Source of the DNA: Schmidtea polychroa | Taxonomy: Eukaryota | Reading direction: 5' to 3' | Assembly: GCA_044892525.1 (NCBI GenBank) | Contig: CM097887.1 | Coordinates: forward strand, 80,578,397-80,642,396 | DNA: 64,000 nucleotides | In this document: positions 30,122 to 41,968 of the stretch, in pieces | Position numbering within the stretch: the first letter of the stretch is position 1 | How the letters are laid out: the number at the start of each line of letters is the position of its first letter | Program-made: the position numbers and the translations under genes | The notes under the pieces: generated by a model | The model's input: only the letters and a program-made list of their open reading frames with translations | Told to the model about the DNA's origin: nothing | Database searches by the model: none

Positions 30122-33119
30122 CACTGGGCAGAAATCGGCTGATGACTCTGAACATGATGGAAGAAGCTCCAATCCTGGAGATATCACTAAGAAAAATTAT
30201 ACTATATCACAGTCTAATATCCTTTCTAGATCCGATAAAGCTCCTTCAAACAGAAATGGAAGAAGCTCCAATCCGGGAAATGGCATCAAGGATAAACTAT
30301 TTTCAACATTTACTAATCTCCCTTATAGAAATAATGAAATACGATTCCTTGAATCGCCTTATGCCTCCTGCCCTGATGTATCGAATCCTAATGCTCCAAG
30401 GAAACCAGACGACTGTGAGGTGATAGATAGCAGATTTTGTCCTGCCAGGAAGATCCTGAAGAAATACGGAATCTCTTCTCCTTGTTATGATACTATTGCT
30501 CCAGAGAATGCATCCTCAGACCCGACCAGAGATACTTCTTGGAATGCCTTTTGCCCTGCTCGTAGGATTCACATCCTAAATAAAAATAACGGTAATTATA
30601 ATCAAAATTTCTATAATGATTATAATCATAAAAAGTCTATTCACGAATTAATATGCAATAATTGTGAATGTAATTTAAATAGCAAAAACTGTAATGTAAT
30701 TTTTGATAATCATAATTTTAATTTTAATTTAAATTGTAAAAACTATGAATTGAAATTAAACTGTAATAATTGTAATTTAATTAAATCTAATTCTAAATAT
30801 ACTTTCAATTTAAATAATGAAATTTTAAATCTAAAGGATAAAAATAATAATTACGAAAATGACCAAACTAATTATAATTCTAAATATACTTTCAATTTAA
30901 ATGATAAAAATTTAATTCTAAAGGATAAAAATAATAATGAAAATGTCCAAACTAATTATAATTCTAATTATACCTCCAATTTAAATGATGAAAATCTTAA
31001 TCTAAAAGACAAAAATAATAATTATGAAAATGACCTAACTAATTATAATTATGAAAAATTTTTTAAGAACAAAATTAAATATGTTATTAAAAAAATAATT
31101 ATTGATTATAATAAAATTCAAAACTCCACCGAAAGACTTCCTAATGAATTAATTAGCATTATATTTAATAATATTTCTAATTTTATTAACTTAAATAAAT
31201 TATCTATATTAAACAAAGATAAATATTTGTTTAAATATCACTTATTTAACAATGCTTTTTCTCTTAAAAATTTTTCTCGTGTTCCTTCGGAACACGAGAA
31301 AAATCGCAGCTCGCCGGCCTACGGCCGACTCGCATCTTCAAAGACAGTCACCTTCGGTGGAAATCCTGTTAGTCTTTCGCCTACCTTAGAACACTCAACT
31401 GGAACACAACCATCAAACTTCCAAGCTACTGGTACCTTTCTTACTTCTATAAACAAGCCCAATTACTTAGCTAACTCTTCAAATATCCCAACTATACCTG
31501 TAAATCCTTCAAATTACAACCTTGGAACCTCAATGAAACGTCATTATTCTGAACCTATTCCCAATGACTTCATCCATAAGCCCAAGGATCTTAAAAACCT
31601 TCCCGCAACTTATAACGATAACAATAATAAAGTAATAAAATCCTGTTTTGTTAAAAAAATCATACGTAAGGGTAAGTACACAACCCTTTACTCTATTTAT
31701 AAAAATAAAAATAAAATTAATAATTATGAGAACAATACTGATGATTCCCTCATTGCCCTTCCCCATGTTAAACGATCTCCATTAAATGATACTATTGACA
31801 ATGACTCTGATCTATCGCCTAACCACTCGTCCTCCTCTTGCTCTGAGTACATTCTTGACACTTCACACTACAGCTGTGACCTTGATGACACCATTGACCC
31901 CCTTCCAATGGATGAGTCTAATTCTCAAACCCCTCATAACCCTTCTCAATCTCTTGTAAATCCCCAGCCAAACAATGACCTTTTTAACTCGGACATAGAT
32001 GATGTGAATCTATCGAGCAGCAGTGTAGCCTCTATCGACCAAGAACCACCTCTCCAGCCCACAGCCTCTTCCTCTCCCGACAACAACACTGACCTACATC
32101 CTATGACAACTGCCTCTCTTCATAATACGCCTGAACTTATTCAATCTAAAACTACCAACGCTATTGAGCTCAGCAGTACACCTAAAGTCACCGCACCTAC
32201 TCCTTCTGAATCTGAATGCAACGAAATCCAAGAGGCATTAAGAATACAATCACAAATGGAAGTATTTAATAAAAAAATACAAGTGTTTGCGACTAATATC
32301 CCTGGCCCATCTCCTAATTATCTCACACCCATTACACTGGCCAAACACACACGCAATGTCTTCATCCCAAAAACTGCAGATGAGAGTGAACTAGACAACA
32401 AAATATTTTTCAAACTTAATGGTAGGGGTAAAATTGAATGCAGATTGAAATGCAAGACAACCCTATGCAGTCCTATTTCTGTCCATAATCGTAAAAAAAT
32501 CTTTAAACACGCATGGGACTTTCATAGATTAAAAATTGACGAAAACACACTTATTGATTGCATTCAATGCAGAGCCCCCGGTGAGAATAAATATGCGCCA
32601 AATCCTATAACCTTCAAACAAATCTATAATCACATTGCCCATTTTCAACACATAGACCAATGCGATCTTGAATATATGAGCCGCGCTGAAATACGGATAT
32701 CACCCTCCAATAACCTTACCTGCTTCAACTATAGCAAAAATCGTAAAAATTGTAAAACCACCTTCAACATTGACACCCCTCTTATGACCATTATTAACCA
32801 TATAAAGGTCAAGCATAAAAAACTTATCTTTCATCCTGACGAAGAGATATACTGCTTCTGCGGATCATGGATCCCTCATCACCATGTCCGACAACATATT
32901 CTCGAAAACCACCCTGAACCTTACGTGTATCCGGGCAATATCCCCACCCCGCCTGTGATCTCCCAAGTAATGGACAGCTCCCCCGATAATGTGAACAACC
33001 TACGCCCTATACTTGAGTCGCAAGAATTTGAGGCTACCTTCTCTGAAAGTGAAATTGTCAAACGACCTCTTCCTGATACCCTTATTTTTGGTAATAATGT
33101 TGAGAAAGAGTCGACATGA
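29880..33119 (+). CDS. N-terminal part of the NeSL-like ORF: Asn-rich repeats, F-box-like motif, Ser/Pro-rich region, about four C2H2-like zinc fingers; true start uncertain
   Basis: LPNELISIIFNNI at ~31138. CRLKC...HAWDFH, CIQC...HIAH, C...C...HIKVKH, CFCG...HILENH. In frame with the RT part across one TGA at 33117-33119. Confidence 0.65.
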   Translation: MIFIEHGEETSHYPRNTKERTHDRKININEQYIFNNQAHPTKCNKIYPLTKCLLQSSPTFKNLLPAVTQCLAELLLYIIHSTGQKSADDSEHDGRSSNPGDITKKNYTISQSNILSRSDKAPSNRNGRSSNPGNGIKDKLFSTFTNLPYRNNEIRFLESPYASCPDVSNPNAPRKPDDCEVIDSRFCPARKILKKYGISSPCYDTIAPENASSDPTRDTSWNAFCPARRIHILNKNNGNYNQNFYNDYNHKKSIHELICNNCECNLNSKNCNVIFDNHNFNFNLNCKNYELKLNCNNCNLIKSNSKYTFNLNNEILNLKDKNNNYENDQTNYNSKYTFNLNDKNLILKDKNNNENVQTNYNSNYTSNLNDENLNLKDKNNNYENDLTNYNYEKFFKNKIKYVIKKIIIDYNKIQNSTERLPNELISIIFNNISNFINLNKLSILNKDKYLFKYHLFNNAFSLKNFSRVPSEHEKNRSSPAYGRLASSKTVTFGGNPVSLSPTLEHSTGTQPSNFQATGTFLTSINKPNYLANSSNIPTIPVNPSNYNLGTSMKRHYSEPIPNDFIHKPKDLKNLPATYNDNNNKVIKSCFVKKIIRKGKYTTLYSIYKNKNKINNYENNTDDSLIALPHVKRSPLNDTIDNDSDLSPNHSSSSCSEYILDTSHYSCDLDDTIDPLPMDESNSQTPHNPSQSLVNPQPNNDLFNSDIDDVNLSSSSVASIDQEPPLQPTASSSPDNNTDLHPMTTASLHNTPELIQSKTTNAIELSSTPKVTAPTPSESECNEIQEALRIQSQMEVFNKKIQVFATNIPGPSPNYLTPITLAKHTRNVFIPKTADESELDNKIFFKLNGRGKIECRLKCKTTLCSPISVHNRKKIFKHAWDFHRLKIDENTLIDCIQCRAPGENKYAPNPITFKQIYNHIAHFQHIDQCDLEYMSRAEIRISPSNNLTCFNYSKNRKNCKTTFNIDTPLMTIINHIKVKHKKLIFHPDEEIYCFCGSWIPHHHVRQHILENHPEPYVYPGNIPTPPVISQVMDSSPDNVNNLRPILESQEFEATFSESEIVKRPLPDTLIFGNNVEKEST
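30780..31050 (+). repeat. Three imperfect ~87 bp in-frame coding repeats (Asn-rich)
   Basis: NSKYTFNLNxxxLxLKDKNNNYENDQTNY-like unit repeated three times. Confidence 0.8.
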
Positions 33120-36100
33120 TGGTCCCAACACGCAATCAAGGCATACATCTTTTCAAATGCCTTGAAAAACTCCTCTATCTTTGTAGACCCTTTCATAGGA
33201 AATGCACTTATCCAGCATAACTATGTAACTTTCTTTGCCACCTTTCCATTCTCCGAATTTGCTCAATGGAATGAGATTATCATGCCCATGTCTGATGGCA
33301 AGGACAACTGGTTCTTTTTTCTACTCGACAAACACCGTAGACTTGCCGTCCTCATTGACCCGCTTCTGGATGATAGCCTTTCTACTCACCTCCTTCTAGC
33401 TCAAAATATTCTCGAAACCATTCTTGATCTCCAAAAAATTGTTAGCCCTGTCAAAATTGAACTTCAAAACCCCGATTACCCTCGCTGCTTCATACCTACT
33501 GACTCTGCCTTCTATATATGTCACTTTATCGAACGCCTTATTAAACGTGAAAAATTAACTTGTCCTAATATACCCAATATGATAAATAATATTAAAACTA
33601 CTATAAATAATTATAATTATTGCAAACTGCCAATTGATGATGTGCGGAGATTCCGACCATTTATCAATTGTCTAATTATTAATCTTAACAATAATCTAAT
33701 AGAGTGCGATGCTGCTTTAAGTGAGATTGAGAGAATTAATGGAAGCATTAATCCTCATAAATACATCACAAAGAAAGCAGCGGACATAATTCATAAAAAC
33801 TATAAGGTTACTAAAGAACTGGTCTTTACCAAGAGACAAAAATATAAATTTGCCCCTAAAGAGGAAATCTCCAAAATTTTAAATAATGAAGTGAAAACTC
33901 ACACACCAAATATGGATAGTATCCTAAAACTCTTCGCTAGCAAAACCTCTGATTGCACCTTTGACCTTAACTATCAGTACCCAACACTCTCTGAATCCTT
34001 AACCATCACTCCCTTTGACACTGATGACATTAAAAGCATCTTCTGCCAACTTGACAATACTGCCCCTGGTACTGATAAAATATCTCTTAGCGATTGGAGA
34101 AAGATATCTCCTAACTTTGAGCTCATCCTTGCCTTATGTAACAACATCCTTCGTAATTCCAGATCTCCAGTGTGCTGGAAATCCTTTCGTACCCGACTCA
34201 TTCTTAAATCTGGTAAAGCTGAAATAAGCCACGAGGCTAACTCCTGGAGACCGATCTCAATTATGAACACTGCCTATAGGATATTTGCCTCACTAATGAA
34301 TAACCGTCTTCTTGAATGGATCAGTAACGGAAATCTCCTAACACCTAACCAAAAAGCTATCTGCGCACCGGATGGATGTGCTGAACATAATCTTATCCTC
34401 CATCTAATAAAAGACTCTTCCTATCGCAAGAAAAACGACCTACATATCATCTGGCTAGATATAGCGGATGCCTTCGGATCTATTCCGCATGAACTCATCT
34501 GGCACACTCTCTCAGAGATGGGTCTTCACAACACCACTATTGCTCTTCTTCAGGACATGTACAACAATGTACAAACTTACTTTGAATGTGAGGGAGAAAA
34601 ATCTGATTATACACCAATTTACAAAGGTGTGAAACAAGGCTGCCCCTTGTCCATGACTCTGTTCTGTCTATCCATTGACTTCATACTCCGCAGTGTCTTA
34701 CAAACTCACCCGTTTCTCTTTCATAATCACAACATTAGCATTCTTGCGTATGCCGATGACATAGTGCTTATATCTGATTCCTACTCCAATATCAAGTCGG
34801 CCCTATCTCTCACTGTCTCCCTTGCAACAAAGGTCAACCTACGCTTTAAACCCTCGAAATCTGGATACTTTCATGTTGATCACGACTGCAACTACCAACC
34901 TATTCGACTCTATGGCGAAACCCTTCCAAAAATTGATGACTCTAATATGTACAGATATCTTGGTGTTGACTTCTCCCATAAAACTAAACACTGTATCAAA
35001 GAAAGACTAGACTCCGCTATTATAGACACAAACAAAATTCTCAACTCTCATCTACATCCTTCGCAAAAAATTAATGCCTTCAAAGTATTCATCCACTCCC
35101 GCTTGAACTTTACCTTTAGAAATTGTGTCATTAACCACAACATTCTAGACTCTCCGCGCAACATCCTTCGTAACTCTGAAATACAACAATATGGATTCGA
35201 CCTGCAAATAAAACAGGGTATTAAAAGATCCATTGGAGATAAGATAATGCAACTGAATGACAACTTCTTATATGCAGCTTGCAAGCTTGGTGGTCTTGGA
35301 CTTGTATCATCTATTGACGAATACCTTATTCAAAGCATCGTACAACTTATCAGGGCTTTAAACTCTAGCGATCTTAACTTTAAGACTCTCATTACTGCTG
35401 AACTTATCGAGGCTAGGGGACAAGGAGATTTAAATGTGGCAATGTCCTGGCTGAATGGCCAACTCTCTAAAAGCTACCCAACTTTCTCCATCTTCTCAAA
35501 ATTTAAAAAATCTGCCCGTCGTCTGCTTCATAACTACGGTATATCTACCAAAATTGTAATGCTTGAGGACCTTCTACAACTCGAAATAAAATATAAGAGC
35601 CGTATCAATTACTTCTCCCTCGGTAATGTGGATAGAACCTCAGCTGAACTACACTCTATCATTGGCCTTATTCATGCTGAATGTTGGTGTGCGATGAAAT
35701 GCCAGGGCTATATGGCAAAGGCAATTAGCGAAAGCAACATCGCCGACTATTTCTTTAAAAGTGACATCCTTCCTGATGCCCAATTCCTCTTTCTTATTCG
35801 TGCACGCAACAACCTTCTAAAACTGAACTACTCACCACACCGCTTAAAAACTAATAAATCTATACTCTGCCGGCACTGCCATGCCCACCCAGAAACACCT
35901 GCACACATCTTTAATCACTGCCAAGCACGTATTAATGCAAGACGAAATAAGCATGATAATGTCCTAGAAACTGTGGCAAACTTCCTTATATCTATTAACT
36001 ATGAAGTAGACATAGAGAAAGTACCTGAGGGTACCAATTCCACCCTTAAGCCTGATCTTCTTCTAAAATCTAAGCGTAACAAATCTATCCATATCTTAGA

Positions 36101-36386
36101 CATTAAGGTTCCTTTTGACTCCAGAGAAAACTACGACAACTCTAGGAGAAATAACTATAACAAATATAAGGAACTAGGAGAGGAAATAGGTAGACTCCAT
36201 AAATGCCCACACACTCTACATGCCCTGGTAGTTGGCACCCTTGGTTCTTGGGACAAAAATAATGACTCGATACTTAAAATTATCGGCCTAACCAATAATG
36301 AAATAAAGGAACTAGCCAAAAAAGCTTGCGTAGCTGCAATCAATAGCAGCTACCACATATACCGTCAACATATATATAAAAATTAA
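33120..36386 (+). CDS. Degenerate Ulp1/C48 protease-like domain + non-LTR reverse transcriptase + CCHC + restriction-like endonuclease
   Basis: RT: APGTDKI, WRPISIMNTAYRIF, WLDIADAFGSIPH, KGVKQGCPLS, LAYADD, RYLGV. Then CRHCHAHPETPAHIFNHC, RRNKHDNV, LKPDLLL...ILDIKVPFD. Confidence 0.92.
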   Translation, partial: WSQHAIKAYIFSNALKNSSIFVDPFIGNALIQHNYVTFFATFPFSEFAQWNEIIMPMSDGKDNWFFFLLDKHRRLAVLIDPLLDDSLSTHLLLAQNILETILDLQKIVSPVKIELQNPDYPRCFIPTDSAFYICHFIERLIKREKLTCPNIPNMINNIKTTINNYNYCKLPIDDVRRFRPFINCLIINLNNNLIECDAALSEIERINGSINPHKYITKKAADIIHKNYKVTKELVFTKRQKYKFAPKEEISKILNNEVKTHTPNMDSILKLFASKTSDCTFDLNYQYPTLSESLTITPFDTDDIKSIFCQLDNTAPGTDKISLSDWRKISPNFELILALCNNILRNSRSPVCWKSFRTRLILKSGKAEISHEANSWRPISIMNTAYRIFASLMNNRLLEWISNGNLLTPNQKAICAPDGCAEHNLILHLIKDSSYRKKNDLHIIWLDIADAFGSIPHELIWHTLSEMGLHNTTIALLQDMYNNVQTYFECEGEKSDYTPIYKGVKQGCPLSMTLFCLSIDFILRSVLQTHPFLFHNHNISILAYADDIVLISDSYSNIKSALSLTVSLATKVNLRFKPSKSGYFHVDHDCNYQPIRLYGETLPKIDDSNMYRYLGVDFSHKTKHCIKERLDSAIIDTNKILNSHLHPSQKINAFKVFIHSRLNFTFRNCVINHNILDSPRNILRNSEIQQYGFDLQIKQGIKRSIGDKIMQLNDNFLYAACKLGGLGLVSSIDEYLIQSIVQLIRALNSSDLNFKTLITAELIEARGQGDLNVAMSWLNGQLSKSYPTFSIFSKFKKSARRLLHNYGISTKIVMLEDLLQLEIKYKSRINYFSLGNVDRTSAELHSIIGLIHAECWCAMKCQGYMAKAISESNIADYFFKSDILPDAQFLFLIRARNNLLKLNYSPHRLKTNKSILCRHCHAHPETPAHIFNHCQARINARRNKHDNVLETVANFLISINYEVDIEKVPEGTNSTLKPDLLLKSKRNKSIHILDIKVPFDSRENYDNSRRNNYNKYKELGEEIGRLHKCPHTLHALVVGTLGSWDKNNDSILKIIGLTNNEIKELAKKACVAAINSSYHIYRQHIYKN

Positions 36387-37557
36387 TTATACTTATATAT
36401 TTATCTTTTTGTAGCCAAAGCATCTCTTATTTATTTGTCTTCTATGGTTATTATATATCACCCCTATACAATTTTCTTTGTCTCTTGGTGAACCAGTCTT
36501 GAAAACCAGATATTGATATATAATATGTACTCAGAGCATTATCCTAATCTATTTGTGTACTATGGCTATTATCTATATTATTTACTATTATTAATCAACT
36601 ATATAAATATCTAAACTCTCTAACTCAACCAACTCTCTCTAAACTAACTTAATGACCATAATTCCTAATGTTGTAATATTATTATCCTTAATGTATTTAA
36701 TATAATATTATTTCTGTTATTGCTAATATTATTGCTATTATCTTTNNNNNNNNNNNNNNNNNNNNNNNNNNNNNNNNNNNNNNNNNNNNNNNNNNNNNNN
36801 NNNNNNNNNNNNNNNNNNNNNNNNNNNNNNNNNNNNNNNNNNNNNNNNNNNNNNNNNNNNNNNNNNNNNNNNNNNNNNNNNNNNNNNNNNNNNNNNNNNN
36901 NNNNNNNNNNNNNATTAATAATGTACTGCGTGTGCCAATCACCGAATGGGTTAATGTAGGAATCCTTGTAGGGGTTCCGCCTATTTGGTGGTCTTTTTAG
37001 TTGTTCTTATCAATACTATAATGATCTTTATTATACTATCACTACTATAATCACTAATACTACCAACTACTATCTATACTTGTCCAAACCTTTACCAACT
37101 CCTTACAATATATAATATAATAAGTATTATAATAAACGCTATATAGATCTGCAAGGGAGCCTTCCTGCCCCGACATTTATTTATTTCAGATATTACCCTG
37201 TACGATCCGGTACTCCTCTCAAGTGGCGGACCGAAAAAACTCGTCAATACTATCAATCTCCGAAAACTATACTTATGATAAAATCACCATCTACAACCTA
37301 ATCTCTTCAATCAGAACCTTACTCCTGATGCCCTAAATCTATTGATCGAGACGGTTAACTCAATTGTCAACGATAACTCAGACTTCGACAATACTACCAA
37401 TCCGATCAACTCCGCTTATCCCGTCTGTAACCACGTACAATTGCGGGAGTTTCAATTCCAGCAATAGCAGTTGAAAGATTAAAAGCTGCAGAACTCCAAG
37501 GGTGAGAAGTTCTCCCCTTTTTGGCCAAGTGGCCCGCCAATTTATTAAAATAAAATT

Positions 37558-37560
<3 letters not shown>

Positions 37561-37594
<34 letters not shown>
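37561..37594 (+). repeat. Poly(T) tract (34 nt)
   Basis: Seen directly. Could be the poly(A) tail of a minus-strand retrocopy. Confidence 0.85.
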
Positions 37595-37597
<3 letters not shown>

Positions 37598-37851
37598 TTC
37601 CGAACCTCGAGATCATGTGACATCGACCATTCATAAACTTTGTGTGTATAAATCCGGTCACCTAAAGAGGCCACTGCTTGCTTATTTTTGTCCTTTTATC
37701 TGTTTAATTAAAGTATTATTTAGTTATTTTAATTTGATGTTTGTGTAGATTTTGATTGTGGGATTAGTTGTTATACTGAAAGAAGGTACGATTCGAATGT
37801 ACGATATTATGTGAATTGCGGGACGCAATTTTAACGGGCCCCGGAGTGATT

Positions 37852-40800
37852 TGTTGGGCCAAGCTCCGAAGGTGTTGGAAAAAACGAACCTAGGAAGGGA
37901 TAGAGTAAAATAAAATAAAAACATATAAAAATACGAGAAACATAGGAGGAAACAAATTAAATATCCAGCAAAGAAATTAGAAAAACTAAATAAAATAACA
38001 AAACCTCTAAAGGAAAAATAAGACAAGAGGGAAGGCACCTAATAAACGACAGTAAAAGAAAAAAATAAAATAGCAGAAAATTTAAGAAAAATGAACAAAA
38101 GTAAAAGAAGAAAAACAAAATAAAAATAAAAAAAAAATCATCCATAAGGCTAATTAAAACAAAAAATGAAGTTACAATAAAATAGCAACAAAACCACAGG
38201 AAAAACAGATAAAATAATAAAAAATAGGAAAATAAATAAAATAATAATAAAAATAGGAAAAAGTCATTAAAATACACCTGATTACATTAAAAAACATAAA
38301 AATTATAATAAACAATAATATTACATGCAAGTCGCGTCCTGATTGGACGAAAAGTAATATATAAAGAGCGACAAAAATCTGTAGAGTATCATTCTAACCC
38401 GAAACTCTACAGGTAAAATTTTATCCTTTATATAATCATTCTAACCCGAAACTCTACAGGAAAACTAAGAACCACTCGCAAGCACAGATTATTGAACCAT
38501 ATTCATTCATCGGATATCATATACATTTAACGGAGATCGAATTCAGTTCAGTCGAACGAGTCTATCTAAAGAAAACTTATATTATTTTGATCTAACACCT
38601 TCGGAGATTTTTGGTAAATTATGTTTTAGATTTTAGCATGATGATTTAAATATTTATTATGAATTTAAAAAGTCGTTTATAATTCAATAAATTTCATATT
38701 TTAAACGAAGGTGTTGCTTTCTCTCTATGATGCTGGCGACGGCGTCCTCTGGAATCCGGGTATGATGCAGTTGAGTTTTCCGAACGTCCTACGGAGGGGA
38801 AATTTACGAATACGAACTCGAGAAATTGAAGTGATAGAACCAGCCCAGGATCCATATGAATTTAGAAACTAAAGTGATTACTTAATGAATACGAGATTTA
38901 TGCTAACCAGAGTCATCATGCCCGGATTTCAAATGTCGTGGTCGCCAGGTGAACATTTATTTAATTGATTTTCTCATAATTCCATTATTTCTATATTGAT
39001 TCACTGAATAATTAAATTGTATTGTTGCACATTTATTGAGAATGGAGTTGCGATGAGACGGGTCGAGTCGTCCTTCACACCGGTCCAAGAGCAGTGGGCA
39101 GAGATGCGTACTGCCTTGGGTGGGTTGTGAGGAGCGAGGAAACCATGTGAGATTTAACAAATCAAGTAATTGATTCTTTCATCGAGTGTAATCCACCCAT
39201 CTTAGTCGTCGAAAACCATCCAATGCAGAAACTTCTGAGTGACATAGTTTGAATCAACGATACCTTGGGAACTCCAGGAGATATACCATTAAAACTATCA
39301 TCAGCATTGTGTCCAATCACGTAATTAAATAATCTTTGATTTTGAGCCATATTCGTCTTGCATTGAGAAAAGTGACTGTTAGAATGTCTGCCGAAGGAGT
39401 TATTAATTTCGAGTTTTTACGAGAGATTCTCTGTACTAAGCCCATTTCGTATCTTACAATCTGAAGGTGCTTTGGAAGCTACACCGCCGGGAGGTTAGCG
39501 AATAGATCCATCGTCTTGCTTATCGTCGACTCCGAGGAGACTTAATGATCGACCAACGTCTAGCCGCTGTCATTGATAATAGCTCGATTTAGACATGAAC
39601 GTAAACATCTCTGGATAGTAGATTAAGACACTGACTGTGAGTCCGAAAGAAACGGTCGCCAGCAACATCGAGTGAGCGTAGTAGACCGCCGGGAAATCGA
39701 TTGATAAGATATCTGAAGCCTCAATTCTGAGCGAACGAGTTGACAGTCTTTATCTCAAAACCAATTAGTAGAGAAAAATCTAAATATAAAATCAATCTTA
39801 TCTAGTAGATTCGCAATTAACCCACACAATTAGATTCATGTGATTTCTGTGACACTCTCTCAGACTCCAACCTATCTAGAAAATCAGCCAGCGATATCAT
39901 GTCTAGTGTGCAGATAGTGGATAGATTTACATCATAATTACATAATGGTAGCAGGGGAGATGGCTAGGCTACATGTACAATCCGATAGCGAGATTACGTC
40001 ACATTGAATGGTAGAATTGCTGCCCAGTCCAAGAACACACATCGATGATAAATTGTACAATGCATGCATATGAACCGACCTGACGACATCTGTTAGCATA
40101 CATAAAAAGAAAAACTAACACACCACTACTCACAAACAAGCGTCGTTATGACGACATTTATGTCGCAAGATTTAAGGTGATCAAATAGCAAATTATGATA
40201 AGACTTAAATTGAATTTTGCGGTTCTTTTGTGAAGCCGATCACGACGTTTAAAACCCAATAGTCACCAGTCATACCGAACTAGGTTTTTGCGACACAACT
40301 CGCGCGTAATTTCAGGAATATAGTAGCGCGGGGAGTGGGGATGCTATTGCTAGGGAAGGATAATTATAATAAATTCGACTGTGATAAATTAATAAAAGCA
40401 CATTAAATAAAAATGGCCAATTTCAGAAAGATAAACATAAAGTCAAAGTTATGATAAATGTATTATTTCGAGTAATTCCGTTTTCTTTTTTCTCTATCAG
40501 TATGGATGCTTGCGGACAAATGAGTGTAAATGTTGACCAGTGATAAGGGTAAGTGGGTCATTGTCGAGTAGGATGATTGGAAATAGGGTAAAAATTGTAG
40601 TCAAAATTTGGAAACGACACGCCAACGATTTTTTTTTTAACTCTACAATTAACAAAACGTCTTGATCTTTAGATGCCTGTTTCAACCGCTACGAACAAGG
40701 ATCTTCGTCCATGCTTCTCCTGCGCAGATAAAAACGCAGACATAGCACAACTCCACTTATATATCGGGGCACTGAAAAAGAGAATTGATCTCTATGAAGG

Positions 40801-41968
40801 CACGTGGTTCTCCCCGCCACAGATGAAGGAGGAGCGCAGTAAAATTCTTCGGTTGGAACATTGCCGGGACAGCCTCCTAGAGGAGAGTCGCTGTCAAAGA
40901 CTGACGATCAAGGCGCAGTCGGAAGCCCTCCACAAGGTCTACACGGAGGCAGAATTGGCCAAACGGGTACGAGAATTTCCCGTCTTGGAGGCCAGCAATG
41001 TTTTTCCCACTCACCACCAAAGTACTTCCACCGCTACAACCAGTTGTCTGGGGCACGGCTCCTATCTGCCGCCTGTTCCAGCACCGGCCTTATATAGTTG
41101 TCAGCCGCCGGTAGGTGGTCCGTCCGACCCTATCTTGGCTCCAGTTTTAGTGACATCAGTTACAGCACCCGATGCGGACAACCATCAACCACAGCGTAAA
41201 AGAAAACGGCCGACCCGAGCCGCCAAAAATCAAAGACGTCGAGATGCAATCGCGGCTCTCGAGGCGTCGTTATCTGTGGCCAAGTCTTCTCTGGAGAAGT
41301 TATCGTCACTACCTTCTACCCCCACCAAGGAGATATTCCGGGTGATCTCGCCCGAAGGGGTCCAGCTCGTGCGAGACCGTCGGTTACCGGTCGACATCGA
41401 CGAGATGATCGCCGAAGGGGAAGTTTTCCCATAATTGGACATGTCGTTGACCCATCTCTCATCCGACGCGATCAAGCTCAACAATCTTTATAAATGACTT
41501 AGATGATGCGTGTTTGTACTCTCCTACGTGTTGTGATTCGGAAATTTGTGTTCATATGTATCCTCAATTTCATTAATATAATCATAGTATTCGTTGTGTT
41601 GTCCCGTAAAAGTTATAGAGTAATGAGTGATGTCTTGATGAATGAATTGGAATGACCACTGGAGAATGTGGGTCGTCCCCTTGGACCAGGGTCGTACCGA
41701 GAATGCATGACGAGTAGGGGTAAGACCTTCTTAGGCACCGAGGAACCTGAACTGAGAGTGGGTCCGTAGTAGTCCTAAGGCAGGGGCTCACCTGCGGATC
41801 AACTCCGACCCGTGTGAGCAGCACCAACGTGGGTAGATCATCACGGGCTCACATGAGGGAATATTTGTAAATCATGCGGGTTATGTGGGGGAAGGGCCCC
41901 GAGCTAAAGGAACATGATGCCAGCTGCACTACGAATGTCCGTTTGACTCCTCCCATATACGCCCAACA
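37852..41968 (+). repeat. 3' LTR (4117 bp)
   Basis: TGTTGGGC...GCCCAACA, followed by TSD ATTG. Confidence 0.95.
40673..41434 (+). CDS. LTR-encoded 253-aa protein, 3' LTR copy
   Basis: Translation identical to 6843-7604. Confidence 0.75.
   Translation: MPVSTATNKDLRPCFSCADKNADIAQLHLYIGALKKRIDLYEGTWFSPPQMKEERSKILRLEHCRDSLLEESRCQRLTIKAQSEALHKVYTEAELAKRVREFPVLEASNVFPTHHQSTSTATTSCLGHGSYLPPVPAPALYSCQPPVGGPSDPILAPVLVTSVTAPDADNHQPQRKRKRPTRAAKNQRRRDAIAALEASLSVAKSSLEKLSSLPSTPTKEIFRVISPEGVQLVRDRRLPVDIDEMIAEGEVFP

Larger units (their letters stand above)
30122..36745 (+). mobile_element. Non-LTR retrotransposon of the restriction-like-endonuclease class, NeSL-like; boundaries uncertain
   Basis: Zinc fingers, Ulp1-like domain, RT, CCHC and PD-(D/E)xK endonuclease in one frame. 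Base composition (C/T-richer) differs from the surrounding A/G-rich ORFs. The 3' end runs into an N gap. Confidence 0.8.
4023..41968 (+). mobile_element. Giant Ty3/Gypsy (Metaviridae)-type LTR retrotransposon / endogenous retrovirus-like element, ~37.9 kb including a nested non-LTR element and an assembly gap
   Basis: Two ~4.1 kb direct repeats with TG...CA ends. 4-bp TSD ATTG at 4019-4022 and 41969-41972. PBS just after the 5' LTR. gag followed by PR-RT-RH-IN in Ty3/Gypsy order. Confidence 0.93.

Noticed and set aside
30138-30170. CTGATGA near the 5' end of the non-LTR element as a hammerhead core
   Set aside because: No correctly placed GAAA or closing stems.
30142-30423. Alternate-frame 93-aa ORF with a repeated MEEAPI
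   Set aside because: It overlaps the long open frame, and the repeat is a DNA duplication visible in both frames. I cannot tell which frame is used.
36746-36913. N runs (also ~53800-53927 and ~58347-58523) producing X-containing ORFs
   Set aside because: Assembly gaps, not biology. They limit boundary calls for the non-LTR element, the integrase and the PolB 5' exons.
8139-37851. TGATT after the first LTR and before the second LTR read as a 5-bp TSD
   Set aside because: It lies on the inner sides. The outer ATTG duplication, the PBS and the 4-bp TSDs of the related solo LTRs support a single element.
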